A stretch of 64,000 nt of DNA from Vulcanimicrobiaceae bacterium (GTDB taxonomy: Bacteria; Vulcanimicrobiota; Vulcanimicrobiia; Vulcanimicrobiales; Vulcanimicrobiaceae): the NCBI GenBank assembly GCA_049520515.1, contig JBEKPS010000004.1, forward strand, positions 57,395-121,394. Direction: 5' to 3'. The position numbers and the translations under genes were made by a program. The notes below the pieces were generated by a model. It made no database searches. It was not told the DNA's origin and saw only the letters and a list, made by a program, of their open reading frames with translations. Position 1 is the first letter of the stretch. Each line of letters begins with the position of its first letter. Positions 1 to 9,272 of this stretch are shown here, in pieces.

Positions 1-406
1 TGATCGGTGGAATGCGTTTCGCAACGGCTTGCTGGAGCACGAGCTGTTGTTTGAGGATGTCGCGCACGCCGGCCTCGGTCAAGCCCTGTTGCTTGACGAT
101 CATGTCGAACTGTCCGTTCGGAAAGCGCGCCTTCAGCTTGGCCTCTTCAGCATCGATATCCGCGGAACTCGGATTGATATGATTCTCGGTCGCGTACTGA
201 TCGATCAGATCGCTCTGAATCAGCTGGTTGAGCACGCCTTTACCCGCTTGGCTCCCCTCAAGCTTGGTGTCGAACGCACTGTGGCTGATCTGTTGACCGT
301 TAACGGTTACGATCGCGCCGCCACCGCCGCTATTGCTATTACAGGCAGCCAGCGACAAGCTAAACGCGGCGGCCAACGATGCCGCCATCAAACGATTCGA
401 ATTCAA
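1..406 (-). CDS. SurA/PrsA-like peptidyl-prolyl isomerase/chaperone lipoprotein, N-terminal part (3' end outside window)
   Basis: Not in the ORF track because it runs off the window. Manual minus-strand translation from TTG406 gives MNSNRLMAASLAAAFSLSLAAC (lipobox LAAC). It continues NSNSGGGGAIVTVNGQQISHSAFDTKLEG..LIDQYATENHINPSSADIDAEEAKLKARFPNGQFDMIVKQQGLTEAGVRDILKQQLVLQQAV, which is typical of SurA_N/PrsA N-domains. GGAG lies 8 nt upstream of TTG406; ATG388 is an alternative start. Confidence 0.6.
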   Translation of the reverse strand, partial: MNSNRLMAASLAAAFSLSLAACNSNSGGGGAIVTVNGQQISHSAFDTKLEGSQAGKGVLNQLIQSDLIDQYATENHINPSSADIDAEEAKLKARFPNGQFDMIVKQQGLTEAGVRDILKQQLVLQQAVAKRIPPI

Positions 407-442
407 AATCCTTACTCCACGCGGAGATAACAGGCTCCGCAA

Positions 443-475
443 AACCCCCGAACGTTCGTAGGGGTGCCGGGGGTT
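443..475 (-). terminator. Candidate rho-independent terminator after the Gly-rich lipoprotein gene
   Basis: AACCCCCG (443-450) and CGGGGGTT (468-475) form an 8-bp GC-rich stem with a 17-nt loop. On the minus strand the stem is followed by TTTTG. It lies 11 nt downstream of the stop codon at 486-488. Confidence 0.4.
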
Positions 476-485
476 CCTCCCGAGG

Positions 486-1865
486 TTAACGCCGCACGAG
501 CGCCATCGGTGCCGACGTGCCCAAGGCGGCCGGGACGGGGCCGGCTCCCGCAGAGCCGTTTACGATGCCGGCATAATTGAAGACCGGCGTCGGGTCCGAA
601 CCGCCCGGGGTCGCAGGGGTGGCGGGGTCGATGGTCCCCCCGCTCGCCAAGCACTGACCTGCGCCGCTACTCGTCGTCTGGAGACTCCCGGCGTTCACGA
701 AGATTGCCGGACCCGCTGCAGCTCCACCGCCGGCGCCGCTTCCAACATGCGTACTTTTTCCGGCCCCGCCGGTGATCGTCGCGAGCGTACCGCCGTTTGC
801 GCCTACGCTATCGCCTGAGCCGCCGCCGCCACCTGGGCCGCCGGTTCCGCCGCCGGCTCCTCCGCCGCCGCCGGCTCCAAACCCACCGGCACCTCCATAA
901 TTTTCCAAAGCGCCCACTATGGGCGCGCCGCTCCCTCCGCCGCCACCACCGAAACCGCCGGTTCCGCCCGCTCCGGCTTGCGGAGTATTGATGCCGCCAC
1001 CACCACCGCCGCCGCCGCCACCACCGCCGAAGCCGCCATTCGCTCCGTTACCGGTCGGCGCTGTGCCGCCGCTTCCCGCAGTCGGCCCGTAGCCTGACCC
1101 GCCAAAAGCGCCCCCGCCGGTTGTGGCGCTGTTGCCCTGCTGCAGCAGCCCGCCACCGCCGGATCCGCCCAAATCATTCGGGCCGCCAAGTGCGGCGCCG
1201 CCACCGTTGCCACCAAGACCGCCCCCGCCGCCGCCACCACCGTACGAAGGATCACCGGGATTGCCACCGCCGGCTCCAGTTCCGCCGATTGCCTGGCAGT
1301 TGACGAAGAAATCGTTGCTGACGCTGACGCTTGCAGTTGCCTGATTTACGAAGATGCCGGCGCCGAGTCCGGCGCCTCCGCCTCCCCACGGGTAACCGCC
1401 GTCGCCGCCCTTTGCGGTTACGTTTTGGATTTGCAAATTCTTGATGACGATGCTGCCGCTGTCGGCGAAGAACGCGCGGTATTTGCCGGCACCGTCAATC
1501 GTGATTCGGCCGAATGATCCGCCGTCGATCGTAAGGTTGTTCTCGATGATCGGAAGCGGACCGGAGAGCGTGATCGTGCACGCCTTGCTGAAACACAGAG
1601 CCGAATTGTTTATGGCGATTTGTTTGACGTCGAATTGAATCGCCGTATTCGGCTGCGCGTGTGCCATGCCGTATCGCAGATCGCCTTGCACGCCGACACC
1701 GCTGCCTACGCCGAGAAGAACAGAGGTCGGGTTCGAGTCGGTACCGAGCGTGACGGTGTATGTGCTTGTTCCGGTGCTCCCCGGAGATGGCGTGACGGTT
1801 GAAGGCGGCCCGCATCCCGCCAGCATGCAGAAGAACGCAACGACGAAAACCGCGGCGAATCTCAT
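486..1865 (-). CDS. Extremely glycine-rich secreted lipoprotein with beta-helix-like N-terminal region
   Basis: 459-aa ORF. The N-terminus MRFAAVFVVAFFCMLAGC is a lipoprotein signal with lipobox. Beta-helix/Pmp-like repeats follow (ITIDGAGKYRAFFADSGSIVIKNLQIQNVTAKGG; GAGIFVNQ..FFVNC; GPAIFVNAG). About 200 aa are then mostly Gly, including a run of 12 G. The ATG at 1865 overlaps the mfd stop (ATGA). Confidence 0.75.
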   Translation of the reverse strand: MRFAAVFVVAFFCMLAGCGPPSTVTPSPGSTGTSTYTVTLGTDSNPTSVLLGVGSGVGVQGDLRYGMAHAQPNTAIQFDVKQIAINNSALCFSKACTITLSGPLPIIENNLTIDGGSFGRITIDGAGKYRAFFADSGSIVIKNLQIQNVTAKGGDGGYPWGGGGAGLGAGIFVNQATASVSVSNDFFVNCQAIGGTGAGGGNPGDPSYGGGGGGGGLGGNGGGAALGGPNDLGGSGGGGLLQQGNSATTGGGAFGGSGYGPTAGSGGTAPTGNGANGGFGGGGGGGGGGGGINTPQAGAGGTGGFGGGGGGSGAPIVGALENYGGAGGFGAGGGGGAGGGTGGPGGGGGSGDSVGANGGTLATITGGAGKSTHVGSGAGGGAAAGPAIFVNAGSLQTTSSGAGQCLASGGTIDPATPATPGGSDPTPVFNYAGIVNGSAGAGPVPAALGTSAPMALVRR

Positions 1866-4800
1866 ATTGCTTCCACCAGTTGTCGTACGAGTGGAAGCGC
1901 TTGTCTGGGGGTCTCTATACGCGTGGGGAGGTCGACTGAGATCTTTCCATCGCCGAATCGAAAACGATTCTTAGTCAGCGATTGCAAGCGCGGAATGGCG
2001 GTCGGCTCGAGCGCGAATCCGCTACCGACACCGAAGGTTAAACGCCGCTCGTCGATGACGACACGCGTGATGTTCTTGCGCAGCGCGATGGTACGCAGCT
2101 TCGTGATCTCGATAAGATCGTGGAACTCATCCGGGAACGCACCGAACCGGTCGCGCACGCCGGCTGCGACCTCTTCGACCTGCTCTTCGCTGCGCGCTGC
2201 GGCGAGCTGCTGATAGACGGCGATCTTTTGCGACACCTGCGGAATATAGTCTGCGGGAATGAACGCGTTGATCTTGATGTCGATGACGGCCTCGCGCCGC
2301 TGCTCGAGCGTATCTTTCGCGCGGCCGCGCCGTTCGGCGATCGCATCCGCGAGCAAGGCGCAATAGGTATCGAATCCGACCGAGCCGATGAATCCGCTCT
2401 GCGCTTTGCCAAGCAGGTTGCCCGCGCCGCGAATTTCGAGATCGCGCATCGCAATCTGCATGCCGCTGCCGAGATGCGTGAACTCGCGGATTGCTTCGAG
2501 CCGCGCTTTCGCTTCTTCGGTGAGCGCCTTATGTGCTTGATAGAGAAGATACGCGTAGGCTTGTTGATTCGAGCGCCCCACGCGTCCGCGCAGCTGATAC
2601 AGATCCCCAAGTCCGAATTTGTCGGCGTCGCTGATGATGATCGTGTTGACGTTGGGGATGTCCAGGCCGTTCTCGATGATCGTCGTCGAGACGAAGACGT
2701 CGAGCTCGCCGTCGATGAAGCGTTGCATCACGGGCTCGAGTTCGTTCTCGCCCATTTGGCCGTGTCCGATAGCGATGCGCGCTTTGGGAACGAGTTGCTC
2801 GAGCGCTCTGGCAACGCCGTAAATCGTCTCGATTCGATTGTGGACGAAATAGACTTGTCCGCCGCGATCGAGCTCGGCCATGATTGCGTGCTGCACGACC
2901 GAGTCGCTGGACGGAACGACGACCGTCTTGGTGGAGAGCCGGTTGGCAGGCGCGGTTTGAATCAACGAGAGATCGCGCACGCCGAGCAACGACATGTGCA
3001 GCGTGCGCGGAATCGGCGTTGCCGAGAGCGTGAGCACGTCGACGCTGGCACGCAGTTGCTTGAGCCGCTCTTTGTGCATGACGCCGAAGCGCTGTTCTTC
3101 GTCGATCACGAGCAACCCGAGATCTTTGAAAACAACGTCTTTCTGCAACAGCCGGTGCGTGCCGATGACGATGTCGACTTTGCCGTCGGCAACGTCGCGC
3201 AAAATCGCTTGCTGCTCTTTCTTCGTTCGGAAGCGTGAAAGCTCGGCAACCTGCACCGGAAAGCTCGCGAATCGGGCGCTGAAATTGCGATAGTGCTGCG
3301 CGGCCAGAAGTGTGGTCGGAACGAGGATCGCGACCTGCTTCTTTGCGAGTACGGCTTTGAAAGCGCCGCGAATCGCGACTTCTGTTTTGCCGTAACCGAC
3401 GTCGCCGCAGACGAGGCGATCCATCGGCCGTGAGACCGACATGTCGCCTTTGACCTCATTGATCGCTTTGAGCTGATCGGGTGTCTCCGTATACGGAAAG
3501 GCTTCTTCCAGCTCAGATTGCCACGGCGCGTCGGGACCGAATGAATAGCCCGGCGCCGATTCGCGCTCCGCGTAGAGCGCGACGAGTTCGTCGGCGATCT
3601 TTGCAAGCTGCTCGCTCACACGGCCCTTGGCACGCGCCCAGTCGGCGCCGCCCATGCGTGAAAGACGCGGAGCGACGCCTTCAGCGGCGTTGTATTTCGT
3701 CACCAGATGCATCTGGTGCACGGGGACGAGCATGCGGTCGTTGCCCGCATATTGCAGATCGATATAGTCGCCCGTCGTGCCGAGGATCGTTTCGGTGCGC
3801 AAACCGAGATATTGTCCGATGCCGTGTACGGCGTGTACGACGAAATCGCCGACCGAAAGATCGGAAAGCGTAACCGGAACGCCTTCCTTGACGGCACGCA
3901 GCTTGACCCGGCGTTGCGGCTGTCCGTAAATCTCGCGATCGCCAAGCACGTGCAGACGCAGGCCGGGAATCGAGAACCCCGCATCAATCGACCCTTGATC
4001 GACATAAGCGGCGGCGTTGCCGAGCAGCGCGCGCGGCATGCCGCGCTGCGCATCGATGCCGGCGCCTTGCAGCATCTCGTGCAAACGCGAGGCGCCCGTG
4101 ACGGTCAGCCAGACGGTGTCGCCGGCTTCCAGCCATTCGCGCACCGACGTCATGAACACATCGATCCGGCGTTGGAAATGTTCGACCGGTCGCGTCTCGA
4201 GCGCAAAGCGTTCGAGCACGCGCGGCATCCACGATTCGGCTGCATCGCCTTCGATCGCGCCTGCAATCACGAGCGTCGTCGCTTGCGCAAGTTCATCGCG
4301 CAGTGCGGGCAGATTCGGATACGGTGCGATCACTTCGGCGAGCAAGGCTTCACCGACGTCGTCGTCGCGCACGTCGAGCTCGCCCGACTCGACCCCGGCC
4401 AAGAGCACTTCCTGTTCGCGCGAGCGTTCTTGGCTTAAGCTTTCGTCGATCGTCGCGAGCATGTGCGGCTCTTGCAGAACAACGAGTGCGCGTTTGGAGA
4501 GATAGTCGAAGAGCGTCGCGTGTCGATCGTAGGCGAGCGAAAGCCAGGCTTCGGGAACGTCCGCGCCCGAGGCAAGATAGGCACGCACCGCCGAGACGAC
4601 GCCCGGCTCGCCGGAAACGCGTTCGGTGACCCGCTCGCGATAGATGGCTTCGCGCGGGATCTCGCCCCACGGCGCAATTGCGATCTTCGCGAGCGGCTCG
4701 CCGGCATCGCTGCGCTGCGATTGCAGATCGAAGGGCCGAATACTGTCGACATCATCGCCGAAAAACTCGATGCGCACCGCTTTCTCGGCGGTCGCCGCAA

Positions 4801-5353
4801 AGACGTCGATCAGTCCGCCGCGCACGGCGTATTCGCCGGCCGCACCGACGACATCGACGCGATGATACCCGAGGGTGTAGAGCCGCTTCTGCGTCTCTTC
4901 GAAGCCCGCACTTGCACCGCGTTCGATTGAAAAGACGAGACTCTCGAAGATCTCGCGCGGCATCAAATATTGGCGCAGCGCTGCGACCGGCGCAACCACG
5001 ATCATCGAGCGCTGCGCACAAAGATCGGCGAGCAGCGTCATGCGTGCACTGCGTTCCGAGGGGCTCTCGAGCGCACCGATGCTCTCGTCGCGCGGTCGCA
5101 CCAGTGCAACCGGCCCGTTCTCGCCCTCCCCGAGATAGTAGAGCAGATCGGCAAACGTACGTTCTGCGACGTCGGCTGTCGGCACTATGACGAGCATCTG
5201 GTCGCCGAGCGCCTTGAAGACGCCGGAGAGCAAGTACGGCCGTGCGGCCGCGCCCGTTTCGTGCAAAGCGAATGCAGCAGCACCGCCCGATGACCTCAAA
5301 CGGTCGACGAGCGCAGCAAACGAACGATACAGGACAGGGGTGGCTACGGACAC
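1862..5353 (-). CDS. mfd: Transcription-repair coupling factor
   Basis: 1163 aa. Carries a CarD/TRCF RNAP-interaction motif (GDFVVHAVHGIGQY), helicase motifs GDVGYGKTEVA and LLVIDEEQRFG, and a C-terminal TRCF domain. GTG start. Confidence 0.97.
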   Translation of the reverse strand: MSVATPVLYRSFAALVDRLRSSGGAAAFALHETGAAARPYLLSGVFKALGDQMLVIVPTADVAERTFADLLYYLGEGENGPVALVRPRDESIGALESPSERSARMTLLADLCAQRSMIVVAPVAALRQYLMPREIFESLVFSIERGASAGFEETQKRLYTLGYHRVDVVGAAGEYAVRGGLIDVFAATAEKAVRIEFFGDDVDSIRPFDLQSQRSDAGEPLAKIAIAPWGEIPREAIYRERVTERVSGEPGVVSAVRAYLASGADVPEAWLSLAYDRHATLFDYLSKRALVVLQEPHMLATIDESLSQERSREQEVLLAGVESGELDVRDDDVGEALLAEVIAPYPNLPALRDELAQATTLVIAGAIEGDAAESWMPRVLERFALETRPVEHFQRRIDVFMTSVREWLEAGDTVWLTVTGASRLHEMLQGAGIDAQRGMPRALLGNAAAYVDQGSIDAGFSIPGLRLHVLGDREIYGQPQRRVKLRAVKEGVPVTLSDLSVGDFVVHAVHGIGQYLGLRTETILGTTGDYIDLQYAGNDRMLVPVHQMHLVTKYNAAEGVAPRLSRMGGADWARAKGRVSEQLAKIADELVALYAERESAPGYSFGPDAPWQSELEEAFPYTETPDQLKAINEVKGDMSVSRPMDRLVCGDVGYGKTEVAIRGAFKAVLAKKQVAILVPTTLLAAQHYRNFSARFASFPVQVAELSRFRTKKEQQAILRDVADGKVDIVIGTHRLLQKDVVFKDLGLLVIDEEQRFGVMHKERLKQLRASVDVLTLSATPIPRTLHMSLLGVRDLSLIQTAPANRLSTKTVVVPSSDSVVQHAIMAELDRGGQVYFVHNRIETIYGVARALEQLVPKARIAIGHGQMGENELEPVMQRFIDGELDVFVSTTIIENGLDIPNVNTIIISDADKFGLGDLYQLRGRVGRSNQQAYAYLLYQAHKALTEEAKARLEAIREFTHLGSGMQIAMRDLEIRGAGNLLGKAQSGFIGSVGFDTYCALLADAIAERRGRAKDTLEQRREAVIDIKINAFIPADYIPQVSQKIAVYQQLAAARSEEQVEEVAAGVRDRFGAFPDEFHDLIEITKLRTIALRKNITRVVIDERRLTFGVGSGFALEPTAIPRLQSLTKNRFRFGDGKISVDLPTRIETPRQALPLVRQLVEAI

Positions 5354-5389
5354 AGAGTTTCTATGCTAACACATCGCGAAAGACAGAAT

Positions 5390-6394
5390 ATGCGGATCCT
5401 CGTGACCGGGGGCGCCGGCTTCATTGGAAGCGCGCTTATATGGGAGCTGAATCGACGTGGCTTCGACGATATTCTCGTCGCCGACCGCTTGGGCACCGGC
5501 GAGAAATGGCGTCATCTCGTTCCGCTGCGTTTTCGCGACTACCTTGAAGCTGACGACCTAGCGAAGATCGTGAGCGAAACTCCGGAAAAGCTTGACGATG
5601 TCTCCACGATTTTCCATCTCGGTGCATGCTCGTCGACGACGGAAAGCGACGCAAGTTATCTGATTCGCAACAACTTCGCGTATACGAAGATGCTGGCCGA
5701 ATGGGCGGTCGGCAAAGGCCGCCGATTCGTGTATGCAAGTTCCGGCGCAACGTACGGCGCGCGGGAGCACGGCTTGCGCGAAGATCTCGAACCTTCGGAG
5801 CTGCGGCCGCTCAACAAGTACGGATTTTCAAAGCATATCTTCGATGTGTATGCCGCGCGCAGCGGCATCCTCGACCGGATCGTTGGGCTGAAATATTTCA
5901 ACGTTTACGGCCCCAACGAAGATCACAAAGGCGACATGCGCTCGGTCGTTCACAAAGCGTACGAGAGTATCACGCGTGACGGATGGGTAGGGCTCTTCAA
6001 AAGTTATCGTCCCGAAGTTGCGGACGGCGAACAAACGCGTGACTTCATCTACGTCAAGGACGTGGTCGCGATGACCGTGCATCTGGCGAACACGCCGAGC
6101 GCGCGGGGTCTCTTCAATGTAGGCTCAGGCGTGGCGCGAAGCTGGCTGGATCTCGCCCGGGCAGTGTTCACCGCGATGGGACGCAAGCCGGATATCCGAT
6201 TCGTCGAGATGCCTGCAGTGCTACGCGGCCGCTATCAGTACGCGACGCAGGCCTCGATCGAAAAGCTCCGGACGAGCGGCTACGACAGGCCGATCACCGC
6301 GCTCGAGGACGGGATCGCCGATTACGTCAAGGGTTATCTAATACCGGGCCGAGCGCTCGGGGACGAGGTACCGGTGGGGCTACCGCGCGGCTAG
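5390..6394 (+). CDS. hldD: ADP-L-glycero-D-manno-heptose 6-epimerase
   Basis: MRILVTGGAGFIGS..HLGACSSTTE..YASSGATYG..YGFSK..LKYFNVYGPNEDHKGDMRSVV..RDFIYVKDV..LRGRYQYATQA is collinear with E. coli HldD/RfaD as I remember it. I chose ATG5390; the ORF track starts at 5363. Confidence 0.9.
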   Translation: MRILVTGGAGFIGSALIWELNRRGFDDILVADRLGTGEKWRHLVPLRFRDYLEADDLAKIVSETPEKLDDVSTIFHLGACSSTTESDASYLIRNNFAYTKMLAEWAVGKGRRFVYASSGATYGAREHGLREDLEPSELRPLNKYGFSKHIFDVYAARSGILDRIVGLKYFNVYGPNEDHKGDMRSVVHKAYESITRDGWVGLFKSYRPEVADGEQTRDFIYVKDVVAMTVHLANTPSARGLFNVGSGVARSWLDLARAVFTAMGRKPDIRFVEMPAVLRGRYQYATQASIEKLRTSGYDRPITALEDGIADYVKGYLIPGRALGDEVPVGLPRG

Positions 6395-7381
6395 CGGGAC
6401 CTTGTCGCCTTGCATCAGCTGGTCGTAGATCCAGCGATACGTTTTTTCGAGACCCGTTTCGAGCGTGATTTCCGGCTCCCAATCAAAGACTTTTCGGATC
6501 AACGTATTGTCGGAGCTCCGACCGCGAACACCGAGCGGCGCGTCGCGTTTATACCGGCGGTTCAATTTGATGCCGGCGATCTTCTCGACGATGTCGACCA
6601 TCTGATTGATCGTTACCAGCTGCGAGCTACCGATGTTGATCGGTTGCGCGAAGTCGCCCTCGGTCAACATGAGCGTTCCGTCGACGCAGTCGTCGATGTA
6701 CATGAACGTTCGCGTCTGCTCGCCGTCACCCCAAATTTCGATGTCGTGCGCGCCGCTGATCTTGGCTTGTGCAATCTTACGGCAAATAGCCGCCGGGGCT
6801 TTCTCGCGACCGCCGTCCCACGTTCCATGCGGACCGTAGACGTTGTGGTATCGAGCAACGCGCGTCTGCACGCCGAAATCTTCGAGGAAATGTTGGCACA
6901 TGCGTTCTGAGAACAACTTCTCCCAGCCGTAGCCGTTCTCGGGCATGGCCGGATAGGCGTCCTCTTCCTTGAGCGGCGTCACGTCCGGTTGACGCTGTTT
7001 GTCAATGTTGTACACGCATGCAGAAGACGAAAAGAAGTAGCGCTTGTTCCCGGTATCGCGAACCGCGCACAGCAGGTGCGTATTGATGAGCACGGAGACC
7101 ATGCAGTTGGCGCGATGCGCTTCGATATAACCCATCCCGCCCATATCCGCGGCGAGATTGATGACGTAATCCATACCGCGCACGGCTCTACGGCAATCGT
7201 CGGGATTGCGCAAATCGAGGTTGAGATTATCGCACTCGTCGTGCACTTGGTACCATTGATCGAACGGCTTGATATCGACGCAACGTACAAGTGAAAAGCC
7301 GCGCTCGAGCGCGCCGCGCGCCATCCACCCGCCAATGAAGCCACCGCCGCCTGCGATAAGTACCGCTTCGCGCCTTGCCAT
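6380..7381 (-). CDS. GDP-mannose 3,5-epimerase-like NAD-dependent epimerase
   Basis: 333 aa. GGGGFIGG..NLAADMGGMGYIE..SSACVYN..YGWEKL..RYHNVYGPHGTWDGGREKAPAAICRK..IWGDGEQTRTFMYIDDCVDG closely parallels plant/bacterial GME motifs (NLAADMGGMGFIQ, GTWKGGREKAPAAFCRK, recalled from memory). Confidence 0.8.
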   Translation of the reverse strand: MARREAVLIAGGGGFIGGWMARGALERGFSLVRCVDIKPFDQWYQVHDECDNLNLDLRNPDDCRRAVRGMDYVINLAADMGGMGYIEAHRANCMVSVLINTHLLCAVRDTGNKRYFFSSSACVYNIDKQRQPDVTPLKEEDAYPAMPENGYGWEKLFSERMCQHFLEDFGVQTRVARYHNVYGPHGTWDGGREKAPAAICRKIAQAKISGAHDIEIWGDGEQTRTFMYIDDCVDGTLMLTEGDFAQPINIGSSQLVTINQMVDIVEKIAGIKLNRRYKRDAPLGVRGRSSDNTLIRKVFDWEPEITLETGLEKTYRWIYDQLMQGDKVPLAAR

Positions 7382-7432
7382 GGTCGTTTCGAGTTCCCAG
7401 GGCCGTAATCAACACCCTCCGAAAATTGTAAA

Positions 7433-8752
7433 ATGAACGTATCGGTTGTGGGCTTGGGCAAGCTTGGGTTGCCAATGGCTGCCGTCTTCGCGGCAAAGGG
7501 ACATCACGTCGTTGGGCTCGACGTCAACCACGCGTTCGTTGCGAGCTTGGAATCCGGAAAGGCTCCCTTCGATGAGCCGCGGCTGCAAGAGATGTTGGAT
7601 GCGGCGAAAGGCCGGCTCGCGTTCACGACCGACTATCGCCGAATAGTTACCGAGAGCGACGTGACGTTCATCATCGTGCCGACACCGAGCGATGCAAGCG
7701 GCGCGTTTTCCAACGAATATATGCTCGCCGTCGTCGAGCAGCTCGGCGCCGCACTCAAAGAGAAAAGCGAGTATCACGTCGTCGTCGTGACCTCGACGGT
7801 CATGCCCGGCGCAACCGGAAGCGTGATTCGCGAAATGCTCGAGACGACGAGCGGCCGCCGTGCCGGCTCCGGGGTGGGACTTTGCTACAATCCGGAATTC
7901 GTGGCGCTGGGCAGCGTCGTCGGCAATATGCTGCGCCCCGATTTCTTGTTGATCGGTGAAAGCGACGCCAAGGCAGGAGCGCTGGTCGAGTCGGTTTACG
8001 AAACCGTTTGCGAGAATACGCCGGCCGTACGCCGAATGAATTTCGTTAACGCCGAGTTGACGAAGATTTCAGTCAACACCTACGTCACGACGAAGATCTC
8101 GTACGCAAACATGCTCGCCGACATGTGCGATCGGCTACCCGAAGCTGACGTCGACGTCGTCGCCGAGGCGCTTGGTTCCGACACGCGGATCGGCCGGAAA
8201 TATTTGCGCGGTGCAACCGGTTTTGGCGGGCCGTGCTTTCCCCGCGATAACGTCGCCTTTGCGACACTGGCGGCGCGACTCGGAGCGCGCGCCGACATTG
8301 CAGTCGCCACGCACGACATCAACAAATATCAGATCGATCGTCTGGAATCTGCCGTAACGTCGCGTGCCTCGAAGGGCGCCACCGTCGCGGTACTCGGGAT
8401 GGCGTACAAGCCCGACACGCCGGTCATCGAAGAGAGTCAAGGCGTGATGCTTGCACGCCGCCTTGCGGAGCGCGGGTATCGCGTGATCATCCACGATCCG
8501 CTCGCGGGTCCGGCTGCGGCGCGCGCGCTCGGCTCGGATGTGCGGCTTGCTGCGAACGCCGTTGAAGCACTACACGACGCCGAGATCGCTGTTATCACGA
8601 CGCCGTGGAGCGAGTACGCGACGCTTTCGGAGCACATCTCCAAGCCGATCCGCATCATCGACTGCTGGCGCGTGCTCAAACCGCAGCCGGGTTCGCCGCT
8701 CGAAGTTATCTGGCTTGGAGCCGGCCAGGGAGTTTTTAGTACGCGAGCGTGA
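7433..8752 (+). CDS. Nucleotide-sugar dehydrogenase (UDP-glucose/GDP-mannose dehydrogenase family), specificity unknown
   Basis: 439 aa. N-terminal Rossmann motif VVGLGKLGLPMAAVFA, central NPEF, catalytic-Cys motif GFGGPCFPRD, and C-terminal LGMAYKPDT. Confidence 0.85.
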   Translation: MNVSVVGLGKLGLPMAAVFAAKGHHVVGLDVNHAFVASLESGKAPFDEPRLQEMLDAAKGRLAFTTDYRRIVTESDVTFIIVPTPSDASGAFSNEYMLAVVEQLGAALKEKSEYHVVVVTSTVMPGATGSVIREMLETTSGRRAGSGVGLCYNPEFVALGSVVGNMLRPDFLLIGESDAKAGALVESVYETVCENTPAVRRMNFVNAELTKISVNTYVTTKISYANMLADMCDRLPEADVDVVAEALGSDTRIGRKYLRGATGFGGPCFPRDNVAFATLAARLGARADIAVATHDINKYQIDRLESAVTSRASKGATVAVLGMAYKPDTPVIEESQGVMLARRLAERGYRVIIHDPLAGPAAARALGSDVRLAANAVEALHDAEIAVITTPWSEYATLSEHISKPIRIIDCWRVLKPQPGSPLEVIWLGAGQGVFSTRA

Positions 8753-9272
8753 TCGGGATGGTCATGGTCGCTTTTTTTCCGTCGGACGTTAGCGCGTTGA
8801 ACGTCACCTGATACGTCTTCAGGAACCACGGCGGAATAAACGACGGAATGGCTTGAATGCCGGCAAAAAGTCCGTCTTGCGCCTTGGGAATTGAAATGTC
8901 GTGGCCTTCGACCGAGATGACAAGATTCACGACGTTCAACGACGTCGTGATTCGGCACGCGAACTGACCGCCGATGTGCACAATCTTGTCGATGATCTCG
9001 ATGCGCACGATCTGCGGTGCGCCGGCTGATGCGCTCGGATCGGGCGTCGGCTCGACGATGTATTTGTAGGGATTCTCAGACGTCGCCGTCGGCGAAGGCG
9101 CCGGCGATGTCGCGGTTGTTGCGGTGGGCGTGGGCGAGGGCGTTGCGCTTGGCGCAGCGCTCGCACTGACGTCGGGTTGCGGCTCGGGCGCAGGCGTCGA
9201 CATCTGCGCTACTGCTTGCGCGGCGGCGCCGAGCGCGAGTCCGATAGTGAAAACGATCAGGCGAACGATCAC
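8736..9272 (-). CDS. Small secreted protein P1 (signal peptide, P/T/S/A-rich linker, ~90-aa beta-rich domain)
   Basis: I chose GTG9272, which overlaps the upstream stop (GTGA). It gives the signal peptide IVRLIVFTIGLALGAAAQAVAQ; the ORF track starts at 9335. The C-terminal domain is paralogous to the protein at 13996-14580. Confidence 0.6.
   Translation of the reverse strand: MIVRLIVFTIGLALGAAAQAVAQMSTPAPEPQPDVSASAAPSATPSPTPTATTATSPAPSPTATSENPYKYIVEPTPDPSASAGAPQIVRIEIIDKIVHIGGQFACRITTSLNVVNLVISVEGHDISIPKAQDGLFAGIQAIPSFIPPWFLKTYQVTFNALTSDGKKATMTIPITLAY

Noticed and set aside
29-430. 133-aa plus-strand ORF at the left edge
   Set aside because: The opposite strand encodes a convincing lipoprotein signal plus SurA/PrsA-like sequence with an RBS. 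The plus-strand ORF has no recognisable features and is a typical GC-rich antisense ORF.
797-1344. Pro/Arg-rich ORFs and GGC/GCC low-complexity repeats that could look like a repeat array
   Set aside because: They are antisense or out-of-frame readings of the poly-Gly coding region of the 486-1865 gene. There is no repeat-spacer periodicity, so this is not a CRISPR array or a tandem non-coding repeat.
2120-3238. 372-aa plus-strand ORF (and several 100-240-aa ORFs) inside mfd
   Set aside because: They are antisense to an unambiguous mfd reading frame. Long antisense ORFs are expected at this GC content, and they carry no motifs.
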